A stretch of 44,214 nucleotides of DNA, taken from contig JAAPAO010000272.1 in assembly GCA_013115145.1 (NCBI GenBank), positions 1-44,214 of the forward strand. The letters are read 5' to 3'. Below the pieces are notes generated by a model. It made no database searches. It saw only the letters and a program-made list of their open reading frames with translations, and was not told the DNA's origin. Shown one piece after another: positions 24,371-34,321 of the stretch (the stretch's first letter is position 1; every line of letters starts with the position of its first letter). Source of the DNA: Perkinsus chesapeaki ATCC PRA-425. Lineage: Eukaryota; Protista; Perkinsozoa. The position numbers and the translations under genes were made by a program.

Positions 24371-25961
24371 ATGATGAGTGTTGACGGGCCTGCCGTCGGG
24401 CTTCACTTACGCCGTTGGTTGCATTATATAACTGTTCTAATGCTGGGCTTTATAATAAATCAGTACTCCTCGGTACTAGTAAGTAACAAATGATTGATGA
24501 TATACGCGCTGAGCTCTCGTATCGGAAAACACGCTGAATGTGCCGCCACCGCCGTTGCAGTTGTTATGTAAGTTGTAAGTCCGACTTGGTCAGGTTGGGT
24601 TAGCTCGACTGCTGTCATACACGCAAGTTTAATGTATACGTTCCCACGTGATTAGTTGGTCTGGGGTCCGTCTAGAGCAGCAGTGGCGGTGCTGGTGAAC
24701 CACTTTTAACGACCTCGTTCTTGTTATTAGAATCGATGGAATGCCTCTTCAGCTTTGCTAATATTATTAAATAATATAATTATCTATCATCAACATCATC
24801 CAGCTACATTATCGGCAACGGTTGCTAAAAACAGTTGTATTATTGCTCGTAACATTCTCTGTCTTTCAAACTGTCTCATCGTGGGAGATCAGAAGTAAGG
24901 GGTGGACCTGCCCCCACTGCATCTATACCTTTATTCAGATCATACTCGTTCTCCTCTATGGCAGTACGATATCGAGCCGGGTCGGCGCCTGATCAAGATC
25001 TTTGCCTGCTTTGTCAACAGTTCACATTGCTCGATCATTCTAACTAATACAGGACAATTCCGCGGCCTTAATGTTGTTTCTGTGGACGGAACGCAACCTT
25101 ATTCGGTGAAGTAGGCGGCGGCATACCAAACAGATCCATAATTGCATGTGAATATCCAATTCCAGGTTACCTGGTTCCGAAGTGTGCATAGGAGACGGAG
25201 TTACATTCACTGTGATGTATAATGGGATACTTCCTATCATAACCGCTGTTGTTCAGATATGGTTTATACCATCATCTATCCCCTCCGGCACCTACAGTCT
25301 TTACCTCTACTCCGAATGCGGTTCATCACTATTGCTAAAGTGGGGGCTTTTGCATATTCTTCAACTTGCTAGTCGTAATAGTAAGTACTACCGCAGGCAA
25401 CAACGGCTACTTTGATTCATGCTCATTTTCAGAAGACCCGATGCCCAGCAACACCGAGTCCTCGACGCCCCTAAATGAAAGTGATATAGTTAAGAACATC
25501 GATTACGTACATTACTCCCTATAGGTATTCATCATGACCGCCAAATCCAGCCATGTGCTAAATACACGAGCCTCGTCACGGGGTTGACCGCGGCCGCCAT
25601 TTCCTTCTGCGGCACGATGGGAATGTCCGTTTGTATTTTTTTCTTTTTTTTCTGTTGCTGTCATAAAATGTTCACGCGTTCACGTCCGCCGAGAACATTC
25701 CACCCAACGGTACCATATCATACTGGCTCAGAAGCGAACAGTTTTAGGACTAATAGAAACTCGGACGACCCCAATCATCGAGGACCATCACTAGTTTCTC
25801 TGGAGTCTATTTCAATGGTAGGGAATCTAGCAGCTGCTGCAATCGCTCCTGTTTTCGAAAGTCTTGGCAGGTCGGTTCTCCACTGCCTAGGGTGTCGTCG
25901 GTTTATTCCTCAACCGTCATCACGCGGGAGCCCCTATAGCAGAGCTCCGTTCACTCAGTGA
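24371..25961 (+). CDS. Type-I membrane protein C
   Basis: Signal-like RRWLHYITVLMLGFIINQYSS, exon QIWFIPSSIPSGTYSLYLYSEC, TM AAAISFCGTMGMSVCIFFFFFCCC and a cytosolic tail to the stop at 25961. The start is uncertain. Confidence 0.5.
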
Positions 25962-26159
25962 CCGGTATTTTGTTCCATACGCATTTCCCCACGAACCATA
26001 CAATGGTGTGAGATAATCGTCGTTTAACAACATGGTGCTTTTGCCTTCGCACCGTTATCATTAAAGTATGTTCAATACTAAACGGCTTGCTTTCGGTTGA
26101 TATTAATCTGTAGCGTTCAACTCCTTTGGCGTTTGTTATCGGTAGAAGTGCGATAGAGA

Positions 26160-26683
26160 ATGTCTCTCTTCCCGTCGGATACGGATGATGATGTGAAGCA
26201 ATTGAAGGGAGCTAGTTTGAGCGATGTAGCCGCTCGCAGTAATGGATAACTGTTATATCTACTTTAGGTTATTAATTCAAGAGAATGCATCATATTCTCA
26301 ACACCGGCTTGCGGGTGGTGCATTAAAGCCAAGAGATTCCTGACAGAAGATTTGATGGTCCGTTGTAGCTTTTACAGCTTACATGAGTAACATAAAGGCA
26401 TTCTTGGTGAAGTGTAATTTTCATAAGTAGCTCCCCGATACTTGCTCGAGAGCTTATCAACACGACTGGAATGAAAACCGTGCCGAATATCTACATTAAA
26501 GGACGTCATGTTGGGGGCTACGAGGAGCTACTAAAGATGTAAGGGGATCACAGTCCATGAGCCGAGCAGCATTCGCTACACAGTTACAGAAGGTGTCGAA
26601 GTGGTGATCTCGAAGGGGATGATGAACCAATATGCAATTACATGGCGCGCGGTCATGAGGCCGTTATGAGAGCCTCTGAGTGA
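26160..26683 (+). CDS. Dithiol glutaredoxin (CGWC active site), 4 exons
   Basis: Spliced: D|VINSRECIIFSTPACGWCIKAKRFL...SLHD|SPILARELINTTGMKTVPNIYIKGRHVGGYEELLK. This contains the CxxC, TVP and GG motifs of glutaredoxins. Confidence 0.88.
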
Positions 26684-26756
26684 AGGACAGTTTCCGTGTA
26701 TTTGATTATTGGGTTTACAATGGTTTATGTTGTCACATCTTAAGTTCTACACTGTC

Positions 26757-27822
26757 ATGTCATCATCATCATCAACGGCGGTGGCGGGGGCGGTTGTTGC
26801 GGCACCTAAAGAGAATCAGGCCGAGGCCGCGGCTCCTGAGTTTATATACCATCAAGATCGAGTAGATGGACGGCAATGTAGATAAAGCTGATGCCTCCAG
26901 CAAAGAAGATGTTGTTAATTTCAGGCACGACAATGAGACCTCCTACATTAGAGCTGGGTCTACTACCTCATAAGGATGGCAGCGCACGACTTGGATTTGG
27001 TGAGACTGAAGTCCTAGTAGGCGTGAATGGCCCAGTGGAGAACAGGTAGACGTCCCCTGAGTTACACTCAATCATAGGAGGATGATCTGTCAGGTTCCCT
27101 ATGGGTGTCACCACTCCCGGCTACCCGGTAGATGTAACAGTACGGTTGGCCTCGGGTATGCCGACTGCTAGTGAGAAAAGTGCCGAGTATCAAATTATAA
27201 AACTAGTAAACAGCATCATTGATCCTCATCTCATGGCTGGCAATACTATGATCACCATCGCAGTAATAAGAAAAGCTTCAATAGTAGTTAATAATCCCCC
27301 TCAGGTGGAGGTGCTCAACAATGATGGTTCGATGTTATCCACCATACTTAACGCTGTCGTTCTGGCTATCCTTGACGCAGGTTCGATCCCCCTCAGAGGT
27401 ATTTTACTGCTTCAACGCTTTGTCTTCTATGCTACTTCAGGTACAGTATTTGCAGCTTCGGTGAGTAAACGATATCAACGAGGGAACGCTCAGCTCTTGG
27501 TTGATCCAGATCGATCGGAGGAGGAGGTGCGTTGGCTCAAGAATATTCCCCGCTGACAGTTCTCATTTTAGTCTTCTGTTTTCAACGATACTTATGTGAT
27601 CGATGTGCATTCGGAAGATATCGTCATGTTGGTGAAGGATGTCGCCATTGGATCGGCTAATACCGAAAAAGACGATGAGCTCTCACCGATTGGAGTCGCC
27701 GCCGTGAAGGTAACTGCATTACTCAACCCTCGATAATGATTCTTCTTTGTTAGGCATTCGAGAAATACGTCCGTTCTTGTTTGGCTGTCCATTACCAAAA
27801 GATTCAAGCTCTCAGTGCTTAA
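26757..27822 (+). CDS. RRP46: Exosome core RNase PH-domain subunit, Rrp46/EXOSC5-like
   Basis: RVDGRQC|TTMRPPTLELGLLPHKDGSARLGFGETEVLVGVNGPVE, VEVLNNDGSMLSTILNAVVLAILDAGSIPL and LLVDPDRSEEE. Rrp46 rather than Rrp41 is inferred. Confidence 0.8.
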
Positions 27823-28176
27823 TGTTACGTTTCGAGTTTCATTATGTCTTGTTTATACGTAGTTGTTGTGGAAGAAACGCTAAATACGGTTATGATTGGT
27901 ATCATGGTCGTAGTACAACAGCAATGAGCTTATTGTGGTACAGTGTTCTTACTAAACCTATTGAGATATTATCATCAAAGCATAGAACCATTTGATAAGA
28001 CACCCACCCACCAGTGAAGCAGTTCTGTCTTGTAGCTTCGACTCCACTCTAGCAGAGACCTTACCAAACCCAAAACATAGTAGTAGAAAAGCAGTGAAAC
28101 TATCAACATTTGCCTGCTGATCGGCAATCATCTCCTCGAGGGAAGTTCTCTACACAATTATGATGCCCTAAAAACA

Positions 28177-30857
28177 TCAAGTCAGATTCGTAGACGTGAC
28201 AGAGTCACCTGGTATGCTACAAAGCATCTCGTTGTCGGAGTCCTCAACCCGGCCAAAGAACACACTTCTGAGTCCATTACGATAAAACAGCGGCCCATAC
28301 CACGATGTCAGATTAATCTGAGTAGTGCTGCTATTGACAAACCGCTCAGCTGCCTTCATCACCACCACCTCTGGATGCTGTAGAGTATTATAAAGCCGAT
28401 TATCGACAGGAACTCTCCAAGAGTCATCAAAAGGCTCTTCTCTCAAGTTGTATTCGATATACAAATGATTGTGATCATTCGCTTGAAGGATCCAAGACTG
28501 AGGGAATGCTCACTTTCCACACTCCCTCGAATGCATACCCGTCCGTTGTCGTGCTTTCGTAAATAATAACCGTCTTGAAGTACTGTAGGGAGTACTTCGG
28601 TCTCTATGCGATAGAAGTCCTAAACAAGGCATGTTGCTCATTCATGGCAATAATTAAACCATACCTCTGTATGGATATGAAGATCAATATCACCGTCCCA
28701 GTCTAAGAGCTTCCCGAACTTGAGCGATCCGAGGAGCGCACCGTCGGTTATCATGTATCTGAATATTCCCTATTGCCAGCTACTGATAATGAGACCTGAA
28801 GCCTAGACGTTTAAACAGATCGTGAGTGTAGTCCATCAGTCTTCGAAGGGTTCTCTGACAGCATGGAGGTATCGAGAAGCCTTTGTACCTGATGTTAAGG
28901 TAAATAGTATGATGCCACCACCGGTGCTCACGCACATCCACGTCATGTCGCAGTTGGTCGACTGGATGGTGCAGCCGAAATTTATTGATCGTCCGTCGAC
29001 TGTTTCGAAACTGTGCTCACGATAATAGTACGGCATTTCACTTCAGTGCTACATTTTCAAATCATTATGGCGCATGAATAGCTGGCCTTGAAGATATGGA
29101 GTGGTCGTGATGTTACCAGCAGAGTCACCAGTGTCGAAGTACCCCTGGCGGGGTGGTCCAAAGTAAAATGATTGCACTTCAGGGCTGAGGACTGGCTATT
29201 CTTATAATGCTGTCATCCGCGTCCACCTTTGAAGAAAGTCCTTCCTTCCCCAAAGATGTGGATGTACTTGATCCTCGGCAGGAGAGATGTCCTCCATGTA
29301 GGCCGATGCACATCTGCATTGGCGAGTCTACAGGCGAAGTTGGCAAGGATGTTACGTGGCGAATCCAAAAGGCATTTTATCATCTTTCGGTCCCCAAGCT
29401 TGAAGGTCCCTCATGTGCAACATAAAATCGAGTATAACCCACTCACTAGTCATCTCTGGATGAAAGTAATGAGATGCCTGGAGAACACCAAGGGACATTA
29501 GAAAACTTGGTGATGTCGTGGCTGAAAGTTTGCATGGCGGACGAACAAAACCTAATTGTCATACTCTACAACAGGTGCTGAGTCTTCTATACCATCCGGC
29601 ACGGGCTGGAAACTCCAGGTGTAAGTCGGGTCGAAAGATAGATGCCAATGCTCAGTTCTCAACTTGTACGAGTAATCCACGTAAACATTGCCTTTATCAA
29701 TGGAAGGGCCACCGACAAAACCAACCTTGGTAGTGGACAGAGTCTAACGGTAACATTAAATAACATCTGTAGGAGTATCGGAGTCACATCAATCATCAAC
29801 TTCAGCGAGTCCCTCGATCTCGGCAGCATAGACCCTGTGACGATGAAGACAAACGGCGTGCTGACCAAACCAGACCTAATCATATTATTAAGCACCTAAA
29901 CTCAAACTTCCTGTCAAACATGTTGATGCCAAGTTTCTTACCCTGCCAGATGGCGCTCCCTCGTATCCGTATACGACTTTCCATCTTTCGCGCTGCGCAA
30001 CGATTTCATCTTCTTCTTGGCAGCCACCTCTTTGCAATACAACCGCGGACTCTGGGAATCTCTCAAATAGGGTCATAAGGAACTGATATGCTGTCATCAA
30101 CGGGCTGCTGCTGCTTCCAGTACCCTTAAAGAGGGGCAACCCTCGGGTATAAGGAAACTAACATCTGCGAAGGGGTGAGCTCCGTCAGATACTGCATGCT
30201 CGAATTTAAACCCATCATAGTAGGCGTGTTGCAGTATAGTCTGGCCGTATACAGCAAGCATTGGCCAATGGCTAGCATCCAATAGGTAACTGAACCTCAC
30301 TACAGTACCTGTGTTGTCTGAGCCATCACCTCCCTCACCTATGTTCAAGTGCCTCCTTAACAAGTGCTCTGATGGTCCATAGTGATATATCACAACCAAG
30401 GTTACGGAAGGCAAGCTGCCAGTAAACTAGTATCTTTTTAAGCAACATTGCTGCAGTGTACTGTTGGATGCATTATTGCTACTATTCCTCCTGCCGTTGC
30501 TATAGCGTTGTAACACTGGGGAAGATAGTCCGCCCTTTGGGACACAACTTCCTTCATCAATGACACTGCCAAGGCAACACCTTCAACTGCGCATTCGTAA
30601 GGGTAGCTGGCGTGTGATATCGACCGCAATGATTGGTTACCCAAGTCGGTTACCTACAACAGGTTGCTGAGAACTAGTGGCGTCTTAAGGGTCACCTCGA
30701 CACGGGGACAGAGCCGACGCAAATCTCGCATGGCCTGTGGCCAATCTATTCCATCCATTGTGGAAGTGCATGACGTGAGCTCCTCGATATAATTACTGCT
30801 AGACACCGGAAAGCTTATTAACAGCAGCAGCAGCACGCATGCTTTTTTTATAAACAT
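28177..30857 (-). CDS. Hypothetical secreted multi-exon protein (possibly two genes)
   Basis: [21 protein letters not shown] signal at 30857, then a series of GT-AG-bounded open segments on the minus strand (e.g. [15 protein letters not shown]..., [15 protein letters not shown]...). No family recognised; the 3' end and gene count are uncertain. Confidence 0.4.
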
Positions 30858-31115
30858 GACAGCTACTTTTGAGCCTCGTGAGCCTCTCGACAAGCCGGAC
30901 TGAGTTCGCACTGGCTTGCAAGGAGAAGCAGTCTCGTTTGAACTTCATGCTATGCCACGCCGATGACGATCGCCTTGTATGGGAAAAGACCACTCAGTGC
31001 TGCTTTACTTTCCACCGCCGAGGTTTCTGGGCTATTTTTCCTATTGACTGCGCAATACAGTGAAGACTGTTAAGAAATATCACGAAAAGAAGTGACACTA
31101 TCATTCTCTCTTCAT

Positions 31116-32428
31116 CTACTCCCGCGGACCATCTGCGCTCGGCTCGTCGTTCATCGTCATCGCACCAAACTGCGCACCTAAACGACAGCGTGCTAATCGG
31201 CTGAAAGCGGAATACAAACCTTGTGGAGCGTGATGTCTCTTCCTTCCGAGGACCAAGCCCCTGAAGTGAAACTACAATACACCTAGCACTCAAGTGGCGC
31301 CTTGCTACTTCTTAGGAGCTCCAGAAGGGAAAGACTGTTGCTGTTGGTAATAGGAACTTGGCGATCCTTCCGAGGATGCCGCCGCCGCAGCTGCTGATGT
31401 GAATCCACCACCTGATGAAATTGCTGTACGGTGTTGAAGAAAGCACCTCTCCGTTGAGCTCACCTTGGAATTGCTGGCGAGATTGTGTACTAGAAGCTGC
31501 CGGGTAATCTCCACCGGCCGTTGAATAATCTCCTATGGTAGAGTCATTACCAAAGCCAGTGGGGCTTGATAACGAATCAACTGTCGAATACGCCTGTCGA
31601 CTGCTACGAAGTTTCGCTTCTGACAAGATGTTATTTGCATGAATCGAGCTAAGATACCTCCTACCTCTGGCTTGCTGGGCTCTTTGCCTTGCCAACTCCA
31701 ACTGCTTCTTTTTAGCAACTTCCTTTGCCTCATTCATCTAATAATATATTTATTATTTATATTATTATTGTTATTATTATTACTTTGCTTTGTTCTATCA
31801 TTTGGGCTAATCTTTCCTCATGTGAATCCATCTCGGTATATGTCTTTATTTGGGATAAAGTAACAGCCTCACGATATCTAATTAATATTAATAATAATAT
31901 CGTCATCCAATCCCAGCCTACCCAAAACTAATAATCTCATCAAAGGCAAATACCAAATCGAATGCATTGTCCAATATAGCATCTTCCGTCACCGAGGTTT
32001 TCACCACATCCTGGACGACCTGAACAACACGCAGAAGAGTAACCGACCAGTCCGACTTCCGGTCTACTACGTTGGTAAAAAGTTTAAGTGTATCAAGATC
32101 CTCTAATATATTAGATTGTCTAGTTGTTATTAATACCTAATAATATTTAATATACAATTATTATTAATAATATTTCACCAAATATAATTGTTCAATTGGT
32201 TGATAAACATATCGGATATTCTCCGTCTCAATATAAGTATGATCAGATTTCTGTGATTCAACCAACTTCATAAATGCCCCCAGTAGACCTGATTAACACA
32301 CATCTTAGCGGAGCGAAGCATTTCATGTTTCACATTTTACCTTCCATTCTGAGCCTCGAGACATCTACAAACTGTCTGGCCAGAAGCACCTTCTGCTTGG
32401 AGACCACCGCTGCTGATAAAACAACCAT
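31116..32428 (-). CDS. ARCN1: Coatomer delta subunit, copy 1: longin domain plus linker only, no mu-homology domain
   Basis: [29 protein letters not shown]|GLLGAFMKL...[21 protein letters not shown]|[20 protein letters not shown]...[14 protein letters not shown]|[21 protein letters not shown], linker K|GLVLGRK, then [20 protein letters not shown]. The stop position is approximate. Confidence 0.85.
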
Positions 32429-34104
32429 TTAAATGGCCCTTCGACAGTAAAGAAAAAACAATAGGAACCTTCTACTAGATGATGATACAGAGGAAAAGTG
32501 AAACACTACAAAGGGAAATATGGGAAAAATATCTTCAGATTTACGAAAAAATGAATGATCCCTCATCACTCCAAACCTTGGCCTTGTGAACTCTGAGGTG
32601 GATTGTTCATCGCTATCATCTCACCAAGTGTGGGAGGGATCGCTGATCGATGATGCGCATGCGTGCAAAACAACACAAAGTACCATACTTACCGCTTGTC
32701 CCCGGTTGCTGAGCTTTCTTCCGTCCCAGCACCAAACCCCTAATTAAATAATGACCCTCTCGCCACAAGCCATCCTTACTTCTTCGGGCCTCCCATGACA
32801 GGATACGCATCTTCATAACGATAGTCATCCGATCCTCCTCGGCGCGTTGTAGGTAACTCAGGTGCGGCACTGGTGAACCCACCACCTACCACATGGCAGC
32901 ATTGATGAGCTACAGTGTGAATAAAACCAAAGGGCACTAGGGAGAGCACGATACCTTCGATTGAAGAACACCTTGTACTTGGACTTTGCCACTGTTCTTA
33001 CAACTCTCCAATAGCAGGCTGGACGGTATCACTCAGGAACGGGAGGACACCATTTAGGAGATTGCCCTCAGGTCTTTCGAAATGAAGGAATGCATTCAAG
33101 GTCGTTGGTGATGAAAAGCAGAAACAGGTTTCTTGAACACCTATAGGTTGGTCCCAGGTGCTTCCAGTGGAGTGATTGCCAAAGTATGAATTTAATACGG
33201 TAAAGAGGGAAGCTATGAAGTGTAATCATCTATATAATGAGTTTACCAGATCCCACACCAATAATTGTACAATATCTCTCCACTTTTCTTCTACCTTCAA
33301 ATCTTCCCGCGCTGGTTGATGCCCCAACCGGAGATGAGTCGCCGTCCCCACCAAAGCCAGTAACTGCACTACCGCCAAATCCTGTCGGAGAGCTATCGAA
33401 CGCCATGCCAGCACGACCTCGAAGCCTTTCCTCTGAAATGGGCCAGAGTCAGCAATCGACGAGGGAAAGTGACTTACGTTTGGCGAGCAGGGCTCTTTGC
33501 CTTGCCAACTCCAACTGCTTCTTTTTAGCAACTTCCTTTGCCTCATTCATCTTAATAATATATTTATTATTTATATTATTATTGTTATTATTATTACTTT
33601 GCTTTGTTCTATCATTTGGGCTAATCTTTCCTCATGTGAATCCATCTCGGTATATGTCTTTATTTGTGATAAAGTAACAGCCTCACGATATCTAATTAAT
33701 ATTAATAATAATATCGTCATCCAATCCCAGCCTACCCAAAACTGATAATCTCATCAAAGGCAAATACCAAATCGAATGCATTGTCCAGCACTGTCCCTTC
33801 ACAGACTGTATTTTGGACCACTTCTGGTACCACCTAACTCAACTATCATGTCCACCATGCATTCAGAGCTGATTCATTACCGTGGTAAAAAGTTTAAGTG
33901 TATCAAGATCCTCCAATATATTAGATTGTCTAGTTGTTATTAATACCTAATAATATTTAATATATAATTATCATTATTAATAATAATTTACCAAATATAA
34001 TTGTTCAATTGGTTGATAAACATATCGAATATTCTCCGTCTCAATATAAGTATGATCAGATTTCTGTGCTTCAACCAACTTCATAAATGCCCCCAATAGA
34101 CCTG
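31677..34104. repeat. Near-identical direct repeat tracts shared by the two delta-COP genes
   Basis: 31677-31973 matches 33490-33787 and 32073-32291 matches 33883-34104 with only a few differences, including in AT-rich introns. The intervening ~100 bp and the flanks are divergent. Confidence 0.95.
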
Positions 34105-34230
34105 CCACCGATCCCCATTTTTCTGACACCTCTAGCTATTACCTTCCATTTTCAGTCTCGACATATCGACAAACTGACGGGCCAATAAGACCTTTTGTTT
34201 CGATACTATAGCAGCCGAAAGGACCACCAT
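32566..34230 (-). CDS. ARCN1: Coatomer delta subunit, copy 2: longin domain plus linker only
   Basis: [29 protein letters not shown], same exon layout as copy 1, GGGFTS...GGPKK|GLVLGRKK...|[25 protein letters not shown] (stop at 32566-32568). Confidence 0.85.
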
Positions 34231-34321
34231 TCTATGAAAAGCAGCTTGCTGCTGTCTGTCACTCCAAAGTCACGCGCCACTAAACTCAACATAAACTTCT
34301 TATTTAGAAAGTCTTCCAAGT

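Noticed and set aside
1394-26683. Apparent metal/redox/flavin cluster (NRAMP, FTR, ribBA, glutaredoxin)
   Set aside because: The genes are interspersed with unrelated ones on different strands; there is no evidence of functional clustering beyond chance.
29900-31000. Possibility that this region encodes the missing delta-COP mu-homology domain
   Set aside because: The translations do not resemble the MHD, and a new signal-peptide start occurs at 30857.
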